A stretch of DNA of 63,558 bases. Source: a virus (taxonomy: Duplodnaviria > Caudoviricetes). The notes beneath the pieces are model-generated. The model was not told where the DNA came from and made no database searches. It saw only the letters and a list, made by a program, of their open reading frames with translations. The DNA lies in IMG/VR virus record IMGVR_UViG_3300047550_001947, positions 1 through 63,558 of that record, one strand, 5' to 3'. Positions within the stretch are counted from its first letter, which is position 1, and each line of letters begins with the position of its first letter. Positions 54,670 through 63,558 of this stretch are shown piece after piece. Both the position numbers and the translations under genes were made by a program.

Positions 54670-57600
54670 TATCTAAATGATGCTAATAATTTATTGTTGG
54701 CTAATTTAAGGAGAAATTTAGAAGAACCGGAAACCATCTTCTTTAATATCACTCTATTCAAGTAATGTCTAAATTTCTTTCTTTGAGTAGCCCCCTTATT
54801 ATAATTTACATAAGTTGGGTTAATATTCCTAATATAACCGTTAGGTTGAGTGTTCCACATAATGGTTCTTACACCACTAAATTCACCTCTGTCTGCGGTG
54901 ATATCCCAGAATTGATTAAACCTATATTTCTGTTCTTCTTTAGAGAATAGAATATCTATGTTATTAGCATTGATAATAGGATAGTTGTTAGATATATAAG
55001 GATTATTTTTAGGATATAGATTTAACACTAAGTCCCCAGATATCTGTTCTGTATTATAAATAACAGCCTGGTCAAAGTTCTCATCAAGTATATGATGATA
55101 ATCTGTGCAGTTATCTGCATATCTATAACACTCTAATAAATACTCTATGGATCTGGTTGTTGTTACAGTCTGTCCTTGGTTCTGTACATACTCCACTTCA
55201 AATGGATAGTTTACACCATAATAATTACAGAAACTGTCACAGCGCAAGTTATGTTTCCATATACCATTACCTTTAACTGTCATAAAGTATTTCTTACTAG
55301 ACATAGTTAAATTAGGATGCCAGTCATGGAATGATACAAATGCTTTAGACTTAGGATCATAACTTACTGTCCAAGAAGCATCTTCAAAATATACAGGATC
55401 TCCAAGTATAATAGAAAATCCAGGGAATGTTTTAGATGGGAATTGATTAGGAACAGCACCCACTTCAAACTGTCCACGGTACTCTGGTTTTAATCTAAAG
55501 TCACGCTTACAGAAATATATGATTTCATTAATGTTATCATACACTGTCTGACAACCAATACCTATAATAGTGTTATCTAAAATTAAAGGATCTAAGTTTG
55601 GAAAATCTATAAGTAATTTGTAAGGTAAAAATTCTGAGAACCACCACTTCATACCTGATCTAGATATATCCTGTATACCCTGACCAAATGAAAATACTTT
55701 ACCTTGGTTCTGACTCATATAATACAAACCAGCTGGAGTATTTAAAACAGAGAGTCTATTCTGACAACTTCCATATTCAAATTCTCTATCACTATTTACA
55801 AGATTCTGTAAAGGCTGTGCATTAAATAACTGACCGTCCCCAATTGAAAGTTTGGTACCACCATTAAGATCTAATGTTTCAACACCCTGGAATAATATAG
55901 GAGAGTTTCCACTAAGCATTATAATAGCCCCTGTCTTACCAACAGAACGCATACAAACTACCTCAGATTCAAAATCATAATAGTTATTAGCTAAGAACTG
56001 TCTCCAGTTATCTTTTCTTAATTCAAACTGTTGCTGTAAAGAATATATAACCCTTATATCATATGTTGTAAAACATGGTAGATTATTAGGATCATATATT
56101 CTAGGTTGTAAGTTACCCCAAGAAATAAAATTAGTGAAATGCTTACTAATACTTAATGAGTAGTCATACTTGTAATAGTTTACATTCTTAATGTAATCTT
56201 CCCGGAACATCTCATCATAAGCAGTGTAGGTATAAAAGTCATAGTGTCTAGTCCCAGGATTATCATCATGATCTCTAAATGCTAAGTTTATTTCTGACTC
56301 TACATAGAAATCTCTTATCCCTGAGTTAAACAAATACATGTACGCTCTTCTAATACCTAATATTCCAGATGCAAACTTTCTATCAAAATGATGAAAGTCA
56401 TTTGGTAATGCTTGATCATCTCCAAAAACTCCAGATAAAAGATCATAAGATTTATACTTAGTTGTATCCATCCAATATCTTGGATAAGGTAACATGTTGT
56501 ACAATCTATAATCCCATTCTGTATCATCCGGTAGATTACGCATCCACTGTGTAAAGTAGAAGAATGTAGATTTCTCAGTATAACGGTTTACATATACATC
56601 ACCACCAAATGTAGTAGTGGATGTATATCTTATAAGAGGATTAACTGGAGGAAAAATAAGATTAATACAACCAATAGGAATCTGTTGAATATTATCTAAC
56701 TGACCATACAAGTTATCTATATTTAACTTTAATGCAGCATAGTGCGCTGAAGTAATAGAGTTCTGTGTAGTAGTTGGTTCTTTCCAAATATCTGTATCTT
56801 GAGTTCTACCATTCTGACCTCTAGCTATGTGACCTATAGTAAACAAAGTATTGTCTACAACAGATGGATCATTAATAGCATTAGAAGTGTTTAATACAAC
56901 TGTGTTAGCCCGGTATAAATTATTTATTCTAAATACAGATCCACCAATTGTAAAATCTTGAATAGTAGGATCTAAGTAAATAGAATTATTTATATATCTT
57001 CTTCTCTCTCCTACAGGAGATGGAATAAAGTTCTTATAGAATCCATGAGAGATATACTGATAAGCAAACTGTCTTCTTTTTAATGTGGATTCAAGAGCAC
57101 TAATTACTAGCTGTGTACTTTCTAAGTAATAATAAGAGAATAATGTAACATATCCTACAGCAGCAGCAAGAGCTCCAGTTATTGCTCCAACAAAAGGACC
57201 ACCACTACCTGTACCTACAGCTCCACCTAAACTAGAAAATAAACCAAGAGTTGGAAGAACTTTAGCTGCAACTTCAGCAGCATTACCACCAAGAATTGTA
57301 GATGCAGAACCAGCAAATCCAATTGCAATACCACTCATGTTTGCAAGAATCATTGCGGTATCTGTAATAAATCTATCTTTAGGATGATTATCTACAGGTC
57401 TAAAGTTTCCAACAACAGCACCATTAATTTCTCCATAAATTTTTAATTCTGGAGCAGCTAAGAAAGGATTGCGGAAAGTTGTTTCAGGTGAGTGAAAAGA
57501 AAATGTATCCCTTCTTACTCCATCAAACAATTGTACATCTACAGCACTTAAGCCGGTAGAATCATACTTATCTTTATCTCTGTATGCTCCTCCTTTAGTC

Positions 57601-59363
57601 TGTCTAATCTTTGGTAGTGATGCTTTATCTCTTCCCAAGAATGGATCATGATCTAAAAAGTTGTAAGGATAGTTTACATACAATCCTGTAGCACTTGAGA
57701 TGTCATCAGGAATATCATATTCCCGCATATTATTAAGAAGACCTTTGGCAACAATTGTTCTGTTACCTTCTCTTGATCCTCTTAATATTTCATACCCAAT
57801 TATATTAGTGATGTAATTTCCATTACTATCAACAGGAAACTCTATATCTGAAAACTCTACGCCTAAGATTATAATCTTATTATTTGTAGGATTATAGTTT
57901 GGAATAATAATATCATCAGGCATCTTATGATGTCTAATGTTCTTACCACAAAGATCTGCCCATTGATCTGGTTTATTATCAGGATACTTTTCTGTAGACT
58001 GCCAATAGGCCATGTTACCTCTTGCAACAATCACACCTCCGTCATCTGTAATACCACCAGCAGGAACAATAGTAGCAGTATTAGTTGTTTGCCACACTTG
58101 TTCTGGACCAAGTTGTGCTAAATGATCAGGTCCTGAGTCATTTAAAAGTTCTGAAGGTAAAGCTTGTCTACCGGGTATATGATAACTAGCAGATTTTACA
58201 CCAGTGTTATACACCCATCTAATAAAGAATGTATAAACCTCATCTCTTAAAAATGATGGTTTATTACCACCCTTATAGTAATATTCTGCTGGATACTCTA
58301 CACCAATCCAGTTAGCTTTTATTTTATTAGCTAACGGTTGGTAGTTAAAGTCTTCATAAGTACTTGGTTTTACTCTAATTAAATACTCATTAACATTATA
58401 CATACCACCTGATTTCTCATATGCAGGAGTACGTAAAGGTATTTGTTCTAATGGAACAGATGGTAAACTATTAAGAATAGCATCTATTCCTATGCTTGTT
58501 GTAGATGTAGAATAGTTTCCAATTTTTCTAGCTACTGCTTGCTGATTAACATAAGCAATTATAACTAATTCAAATTCATCATAATCAGCATCTAGATTCT
58601 CAAGTATAACATCAAGAGTGCCATTAGCATTCTCGTGTGTCCACAAAGGTTGTATGTTAGATATTGCAATATAATCTGTAACCCTTATTCCATTTACAGA
58701 GTATGCAATAACTGCTTGATATGATCCGTTGTAAAGAGTACCAAGACCCACACCCTTCTGTAATTTTATACAAGGTGTTTGTATTAGCTGTGCAAGTCTT
58801 AATTTATCACAATCAATAGTGCTAAGATTTTTTCTGGTTTTACAACCATCAATATAATACTCTATATATTCATAAGGAACACCCTCCCATTCTCCAACAG
58901 GATATGGCCAGTTTTCTTCCTTACCAATATTCATTGTTCTGGAAGGATTGTTTCCATCATCCCAGTACAACTGCCAAGTACAGTCAGAGTTATATTTTGC
59001 TACCCCTATAACCGGGTATGATTTTAAAAACTTAAGACAAGTGCGGCCTACTTCATTATAGATTGTATAATACTGGCAAGTTTCTTCATCAAATAAACCT
59101 ATCTCAGAATTTATATCATCTGTAGAATAAATGGCCCATTTACCATTAGATAAATAAACAGTTCCTATAATATCATAGGGAGCTGCAGAACAAAATAAAG
59201 TTGATGGTTCATTACCTAACACACCTATATCACCGGCAGGAGAATTATTAACAGCATTTCTAGCATGTGTCCAGTTTCCTTCTGGCACATAGGTATCATT
59301 GACATCCTTTAGAAGTCCTTTGTTAAATATCTCGGTGTGAATTAAACTTGTCTTATTATCCAT
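54669..59363 (-). CDS. Tail stabilization/nozzle protein (crAss-like)
   Basis: 1564 aa, beta-rich; FNKGLLKD...HARNAV...GNEPS N-terminus; RDEVYTFFI; WTVSYDP...FVSFHDWHP. Confidence 0.75.
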   Translation of the reverse strand: MDNKTSLIHTEIFNKGLLKDVNDTYVPEGNWTHARNAVNNSPAGDIGVLGNEPSTLFCSAAPYDIIGTVYLSNGKWAIYSTDDINSEIGLFDEETCQYYTIYNEVGRTCLKFLKSYPVIGVAKYNSDCTWQLYWDDGNNPSRTMNIGKEENWPYPVGEWEGVPYEYIEYYIDGCKTRKNLSTIDCDKLRLAQLIQTPCIKLQKGVGLGTLYNGSYQAVIAYSVNGIRVTDYIAISNIQPLWTHENANGTLDVILENLDADYDEFELVIIAYVNQQAVARKIGNYSTSTTSIGIDAILNSLPSVPLEQIPLRTPAYEKSGGMYNVNEYLIRVKPSTYEDFNYQPLANKIKANWIGVEYPAEYYYKGGNKPSFLRDEVYTFFIRWVYNTGVKSASYHIPGRQALPSELLNDSGPDHLAQLGPEQVWQTTNTATIVPAGGITDDGGVIVARGNMAYWQSTEKYPDNKPDQWADLCGKNIRHHKMPDDIIIPNYNPTNNKIIILGVEFSDIEFPVDSNGNYITNIIGYEILRGSREGNRTIVAKGLLNNMREYDIPDDISSATGLYVNYPYNFLDHDPFLGRDKASLPKIRQTKGGAYRDKDKYDSTGLSAVDVQLFDGVRRDTFSFHSPETTFRNPFLAAPELKIYGEINGAVVGNFRPVDNHPKDRFITDTAMILANMSGIAIGFAGSASTILGGNAAEVAAKVLPTLGLFSSLGGAVGTGSGGPFVGAITGALAAAVGYVTLFSYYYLESTQLVISALESTLKRRQFAYQYISHGFYKNFIPSPVGERRRYINNSIYLDPTIQDFTIGGSVFRINNLYRANTVVLNTSNAINDPSVVDNTLFTIGHIARGQNGRTQDTDIWKEPTTTQNSITSAHYAALKLNIDNLYGQLDNIQQIPIGCINLIFPPVNPLIRYTSTTTFGGDVYVNRYTEKSTFFYFTQWMRNLPDDTEWDYRLYNMLPYPRYWMDTTKYKSYDLLSGVFGDDQALPNDFHHFDRKFASGILGIRRAYMYLFNSGIRDFYVESEINLAFRDHDDNPGTRHYDFYTYTAYDEMFREDYIKNVNYYKYDYSLSISKHFTNFISWGNLQPRIYDPNNLPCFTTYDIRVIYSLQQQFELRKDNWRQFLANNYYDFESEVVCMRSVGKTGAIIMLSGNSPILFQGVETLDLNGGTKLSIGDGQLFNAQPLQNLVNSDREFEYGSCQNRLSVLNTPAGLYYMSQNQGKVFSFGQGIQDISRSGMKWWFSEFLPYKLLIDFPNLDPLILDNTIIGIGCQTVYDNINEIIYFCKRDFRLKPEYRGQFEVGAVPNQFPSKTFPGFSIILGDPVYFEDASWTVSYDPKSKAFVSFHDWHPNLTMSSKKYFMTVKGNGIWKHNLRCDSFCNYYGVNYPFEVEYVQNQGQTVTTTRSIEYLLECYRYADNCTDYHHILDENFDQAVIYNTEQISGDLVLNLYPKNNPYISNNYPIINANNIDILFSKEEQKYRFNQFWDITADRGEFSGVRTIMWNTQPNGYIRNINPTYVNYNKGATQRKKFRHYLNRVILKKMVSGSSKFLLKLANNKLLASFR

Positions 59364-60325
59364 TATCTCCAGCTATTATAATTGTAACTGCGAAACATAT
59401 CATAATAAAGCCCGTACATAGCTTTACGGTTCATAGCATGCATCTTCTGCATCTCTAAGAAGTCAGGAGTGTTTACAAGAGATAAAGCATTGTTTCTAGC
59501 AGCTCTATATCTCTGCTCAATAAGATTTAATTTTTGAACTACATCTTCTCCATTCATGTATAAATTTTCAAGAATACGCTGCTTTAAAGCATACTCATAG
59601 TATTCATTCACTGTAGGATTATCCAACACTAATAAATTACCTTCTTCATCTTCTAAAGCTCCTTGATAGTTTACATACACTTTTCCAGAATCTAGATTCA
59701 TCATTAAGAATCCATTCTTTAAAGTTGCAAGAAAAGGTGACTCCCATCTTGTATTAGGACAGTCACAGGATATAGTTTTAGAATTTGAATTTAATTTAAT
59801 TGGGGCCCTTACTTCATAGTTCCTTGTTTCATACATAGTCTTCTGGATAATCTGATACGTAGTACCACATTGTGTAAGACATGTATTACAAGTTGAAGGA
59901 ATAGTTGGAGTGGGTACAACATTAGTTACGCAGCTAGGACATGTTCCTGGAATAACTGTAGTTGTAGAAGTACCACAGTTATTATTACCACAGCTACAAG
60001 GGTCATTACACTCTTGTGATGGAATAACAACTTGATCTTCTCTATGAGTTCCAGATATAGCCGGTTGAGTAATGCTATACTCACCACAAAGCAATGCATA
60101 GTTTAATACATAGAAATCATCAGGAAGTCTAACTTTTCTATGGCTAATATCTAGCACTACTTGCTTGGTCATAAATATTCTCAAGCCTAAATCATAGTTT
60201 ACTCTCTGTACAACTTTGATTAATTGCTGAGGCTCTATCATGTTCTCTAATGCATACATAGAGAAATCTACAGAGACATCCTCCAATAATTCATTAAAGG
60301 TCCTATATTTTAATTCTGTAAGCAT
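59363..60325 (-). CDS. Putative tail ring/tubular protein with Cys-rich insertion
   Basis: Tail-module position; C-terminal GKVYVNYQG...DEEGNLLVLD...YYEYALK. Confidence 0.6.
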   Translation of the reverse strand: MLTELKYRTFNELLEDVSVDFSMYALENMIEPQQLIKVVQRVNYDLGLRIFMTKQVVLDISHRKVRLPDDFYVLNYALLCGEYSITQPAISGTHREDQVVIPSQECNDPCSCGNNNCGTSTTTVIPGTCPSCVTNVVPTPTIPSTCNTCLTQCGTTYQIIQKTMYETRNYEVRAPIKLNSNSKTISCDCPNTRWESPFLATLKNGFLMMNLDSGKVYVNYQGALEDEEGNLLVLDNPTVNEYYEYALKQRILENLYMNGEDVVQKLNLIEQRYRAARNNALSLVNTPDFLEMQKMHAMNRKAMYGLYYDMFRSYNYNSWR

Positions 60326-60987
60326 TATCTATTTGGATTAATGTTGTCATCACTTAGATCTGTAGGAATTGACAACCTAGCTCCTAGATCTTTAATAACC
60401 ATGGCTTCGGCTTCAGCTAATAAAAATTCAGGAACACCAATAAGGTTATCCTGCCTTCTTATACATTCATTAACTTCACCATCTGCAACTTTCTCAGTAA
60501 AGATACCTTCAATCTTTATAGCATCCCATTCTAAATTAGGCATGTATAGATATCCATTTAAATACCAAAAGTATTTAAACTTGTTATACTTAAAGCCTTT
60601 AGTTTTAGTCATGCTAGTGTACTGACCGGGAGTTGTAATGTACAACTCTTCAGAACCATCAATAGATGATACAGTTCTGATAAGAGGTCCCCAGTAACCT
60701 TCCATAAAAGTGGGAAGCTTCTCTTTTGTTCTTCTAATAGTACATCCTGACTTTATACCAGCGCAGCATGCTTCTATCTTATCCACTTCAATAAGTTCTA
60801 GACAGTCCATTGTCTGCCATATAGAACTAAACTTCATCAACTTATTCTGAGAATCTTGTCTCCTCATTAATAGCTGAGAGTACTTGATTAATACACTATA
60901 TACGTATCTGTCAGTTAAAAAGGCATCTTGTCTTACTGCCTTTAACTGATTTTTTATACGTGAGATAGTTGTTCCAATTGTTACCAT
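60325..60987 (-). CDS. Putative tail ring/adaptor protein
   Basis: Tail-module position; LIEVDKIEACC...RTKEKLP...YFWYLNGYLY. Confidence 0.6.
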   Translation of the reverse strand: MVTIGTTISRIKNQLKAVRQDAFLTDRYVYSVLIKYSQLLMRRQDSQNKLMKFSSIWQTMDCLELIEVDKIEACCAGIKSGCTIRRTKEKLPTFMEGYWGPLIRTVSSIDGSEELYITTPGQYTSMTKTKGFKYNKFKYFWYLNGYLYMPNLEWDAIKIEGIFTEKVADGEVNECIRRQDNLIGVPEFLLAEAEAMVIKDLGARLSIPTDLSDDNINPNR

Positions 60988-60989
60988 TT

Positions 60990-61574
60990 TTAATTAAATT
61001 CAAATTCATCATATAGTTCAAGTATATTCTTTTGCATCTTCTTAGCTGATAGTTTCCGCATCTCTTTTCCAAACATTTCAGAAACTTTCTTATAAGAGTC
61101 AACTGCAATATACTTCTGCCAAACCTTTGGATATTCAGCAGCCACTGATCTCTTGAATTGTCTTATTGCCTGAAAACCCCAGAGTTCTCTATTGGCAAAC
61201 TTATATTTTGTCTGGTAATTTGTATAGAAGATTTTTGCTAACTTAGAATCAGATTCAAGGTTTCTATTTTTAATCTCCTGGCTATGCTTTACAGATAAGC
61301 CATAGTTTACATTAGTATCCTTGTTAAAGTCACATGTTCCTATGAACACGTAACCTAGATTCTCTGGTAGCTCTACACCATCCCTATTCTCAATTACCTG
61401 TTTCCATATATTCTCATTAAATGTATAGACTATCTTTTTAATAGTGCTATCATCTAATGATGACAATTCTGGATGCTTCTCTCTAAAATCCTTAAAGAAT
61501 TCCTTTGATAAAATTCTTTTAACAGGTTTTCTTAGTCTAGAAGCATTCAAGTCAGGAGCCTTATATCCTTTCAT
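60990..61574 (-). CDS. IHF/HU-like protein
   Basis: IKKIVYTFNENIWKQVIENRDGVELPENLGYVFIG...FQAIRQFKRSVA; heads the tail module, as in crAss-like phages. Confidence 0.6.
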   Translation of the reverse strand: MKGYKAPDLNASRLRKPVKRILSKEFFKDFREKHPELSSLDDSTIKKIVYTFNENIWKQVIENRDGVELPENLGYVFIGTCDFNKDTNVNYGLSVKHSQEIKNRNLESDSKLAKIFYTNYQTKYKFANRELWGFQAIRQFKRSVAAEYPKVWQKYIAVDSYKKVSEMFGKEMRKLSAKKMQKNILELYDEFEFN

Positions 61575-61581
61575 AGCTTGA

Positions 61582-61600
61582 CTACATTAATAAGATACAA
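61582..61600 (-). promoter_or_regulatory. Putative late promoter of the tail operon
   Basis: TTGTATCTTATTAATGTAG ending 7 nt before ATG 61574. Confidence 0.35.
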
Positions 61601-61613
61601 AAAAATAACCAGA

Positions 61614-62819
61614 TTAGTTACAGTTATAAACAAACTCTGCAATCTTACCATCTACAAAATTATGAATATCAATGATTGCTGATCTTTTGTTACCTGTAAA
61701 CTTATTATGATAATGATAGTAATCTATTTTAGATAAACTTGGAAGAATCTTTGTAGTAAAGCCATGTACCTCATTATCAGTGATATACTCAGTAGTTTTC
61801 TTTTTATGATAGTGACCGGTATATAAAGTTCTGTAAGATGTAAAACCCCATTCTTCTGGAAACTCTGTAGCATATACTACTGGTGAATTCTTTGTACTTA
61901 CATCACCGTGTTCAAATGCAAATAAATTTTTACCATACATCACCACTTTTCTTTCAGAGTATTCTACATCCCATATAATATTCTCCTCCTGAATTGCTTT
62001 AGATAAAGCATGTGCTAAGTGATAACTACTTATTCTATCATGGTTGCCTGGAATATAAACTATATGTAGTTCTTTACAGATAGTTTTTAAAAAACGAATG
62101 CCCCGGTATAGGGCATCAAAAGCTTGTTTGTATGTATCTGCAGCAGTCATTCCATTCTCTATAACAGTTCCGGAAGTTGTGGTGCCAGAGAATGTATCCA
62201 TGTTTAATATATCACCACCTAGTACATATATAAGTTTATCTAATTTATATATACAGTTTGTTTGAGAACAAAGATGTATTAGAGCTTTAAAGTAATCATT
62301 ATCTACATCTTCATTACCTAACTTACCAAAGTGTATATCTTGTAATGATAACACGCCACATACCGGAGTATTATTACTCTCATATTTTACATTAATTGGT
62401 TTATAGTTAGGTTTAAAGTTCTTAATAACATCTTTAATATAATCCTCTTCTTTTGGTGCTATCCTTGTAACTAATGCAGATATTAACCACTTATCATTTT
62501 TTTCTTTATTCCAGTATTGAGATAGTTTCCATTGGTTTGTATCTATTCCTAGTATCTCTATAATTTCCTCTGCTGTTTTAGGATTAACAGATACTAATTT
62601 CTCTATTTTTCCGGTACCTTTATCTAAATCATATGATTCAGAATTTAATTTTTCAGTATTATCAGGAGTGTATTTTAATTTTTTAGATTTAAAACCTAAT
62701 TGTTTTTTTATCTTTAAATATTCATCCAAAGTAATACCAATCCTTCGTGCACACTCAGCATTAGATAGCTTCCAGCTTCTACTTTTTGCTACCCTATCTT
62801 TTAATTCTTGTGAGTACAT
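61614..62819 (-). CDS. Calcineurin-like metallophosphoesterase with N-terminal HTH
   Basis: DIHFG, GGDILNMD, PGNHD, HGD, TGHYH; N-terminal SNAECARRIGIT. Confidence 0.85.
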   Translation of the reverse strand: MYSQELKDRVAKSRSWKLSNAECARRIGITLDEYLKIKKQLGFKSKKLKYTPDNTEKLNSESYDLDKGTGKIEKLVSVNPKTAEEIIEILGIDTNQWKLSQYWNKEKNDKWLISALVTRIAPKEEDYIKDVIKNFKPNYKPINVKYESNNTPVCGVLSLQDIHFGKLGNEDVDNDYFKALIHLCSQTNCIYKLDKLIYVLGGDILNMDTFSGTTTSGTVIENGMTAADTYKQAFDALYRGIRFLKTICKELHIVYIPGNHDRISSYHLAHALSKAIQEENIIWDVEYSERKVVMYGKNLFAFEHGDVSTKNSPVVYATEFPEEWGFTSYRTLYTGHYHKKKTTEYITDNEVHGFTTKILPSLSKIDYYHYHNKFTGNKRSAIIDIHNFVDGKIAEFVYNCN

Positions 62820-62835
62820 GTAGTAATTGTTTAAT

Positions 62836-62843
62836 CAAATTTA
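62836..62843 (-). promoter_or_regulatory. TAnnTTTG promoter element
   Basis: TAAATTTG upstream of ATG 62819 and downstream of a terminator. Confidence 0.55.
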
Positions 62844-62871
62844 GTAAAAATACTTTATAATCAAATTATTA

Positions 62872-62903
62872 TAAAATAAACCCCAGCTTTTTACACTGGG
62901 GTT
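62872..62903 (-). terminator. Rho-independent terminator
   Basis: AACCCCAG/CTGGGGTT stem followed by TATTTTA on the - strand. Confidence 0.65.
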
Positions 62904-62945
62904 CACTTGAAGGATGAAAACCAACAAATCCTTCTGTACTTGTAC
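62872..62945 (-). ncRNA. Candidate small RNA of about 70 nt
   Basis: Late-promoter-like motif (62945-62962), hairpin GAAGGAT-[TTGTTGGTTTTC]-ATCCTTC, then a terminator; no long ORF. Confidence 0.4.
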
Positions 62946-62981
62946 AGTAATAATATAATACAGTTGGTTTAATAAAGCAAG

Positions 62982-63191
62982 TTATTTTCTTCCTAGTTGG
63001 ATGTACTTATACCAAAATCTTTCATGGAAATAGTAAAGAATCATTTTTGTAAATAACTCTGCACCTCCTATAGTCATACCAATTTTAAGATCCCCGGTAA
63101 GTAACCAACTTAAAAGTATGGTATCCATAGTACCTAGAAGTCTCCAGGTTATTGTTTTTAGGATGTGTCTCTGTTTATCTGGAGCTATCAT
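62982..63191 (-). CDS. DUF2061-like small membrane protein
   Basis: RHILKTITWRLLGTMDT...KMILYYFHERFW. Confidence 0.8.
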   Translation of the reverse strand: MIAPDKQRHILKTITWRLLGTMDTILLSWLLTGDLKIGMTIGGAELFTKMILYYFHERFWYKYIQLGRK

Positions 63192-63535
63192 AATCCCATC
63201 TCCTTCCTTATTTTAGTGGCTGAAATAGCTTGGATATCAGCAGGAGCTTGAATCTGTTCTACTTTGTATCCAACATCTCTACCATAATATACACCCTCTA
63301 TATCTGGAATAATCATAACTTTAACTTTACCTTCATTAATGTATTCTTGTAATTCTTTTTCAATCATACTTTTTACTTGTTCAGCAGTAAAAGGATTTTT
63401 TTCATCTTGATCAACATCACGAATAGCAATTAAAACAGGAAGTTTTTTTTCTTCTAATAGTGTATCAACGAGATATTTATGACCACCATGAAATACTTGG
63501 TATCTACCAATCATTAAACTATATTTTGTTTTCAT
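63188..63535 (-). CDS. HxGH nucleotidyltransferase (cytidylyltransferase-like)
   Basis: IGRYQVFHGGH, KNPFT, YGRDVGY, ISATKIR. Confidence 0.8.
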   Translation of the reverse strand: MKTKYSLMIGRYQVFHGGHKYLVDTLLEEKKLPVLIAIRDVDQDEKNPFTAEQVKSMIEKELQEYINEGKVKVMIIPDIEGVYYGRDVGYKVEQIQAPADIQAISATKIRKEMGL

Positions 63536-63558
63536 AATTATATTTATAAATTTTTGAA

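Noticed and set aside
622-60625. Short antisense or alternate-frame ORFs (e.g. 622-816, 857-1159, 3881-4192, 4675-4950, 26599-28219, 39956-42301, 49735-50017, 60341-60625)
   Set aside because: They lie within or across well-supported genes and show no recognisable motifs.
60779-60787. DnaA-box-like TTATCCACT
   Set aside because: A single imperfect intragenic match; no origin-like cluster.
1-63558. Stop-codon reassignment, as in some crAss-like phages
   Set aside because: The standard code gives dense, intact ORFs up to 4579 aa.

Overview
This is a 63.6-kb AT-rich fragment of a crAss-like (Crassvirales-type) phage, probably infecting a Bacteroidota host (TAnnTTTG promoter elements, A-rich leaders without Shine-Dalgarno sites). 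The left arm (to ~21 kb, mostly + strand) encodes replication and recombination genes: UDG, DnaB, Sak4-like ATPase, SSB-like protein, primase, RusA, MoxR/vWA, RecE-like nuclease and family B polymerase. It also carries two stand-alone DnaA domain-IV proteins, GroES, PhoH, dCTP deaminase and a glycosyl/methyltransferase cluster. The right arm (21-63.5 kb, - strand) holds a lysis cassette, very large virion/ejection proteins including a 4579-aa virion RNA polymerase with a zincin domain, tail proteins, an IHF-like protein and a metallophosphoesterase. Four observations stand out: (1) three adjacent virion-region proteins are strings of unrelated mini-domains separated by a recurring x-x-x-G-G motif, suggesting a processed or capsid-targeted cargo polyprotein system; (2) a candidate late sRNA has a hairpin complementary to sites in front of the polymerase and a DnaA-like gene; (3) lysis genes are split, with a u-spanin islet inside the replication module; (4) CpG is depleted but CCGG is spared. 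All calls come from reading motifs by eye; no searches were run.
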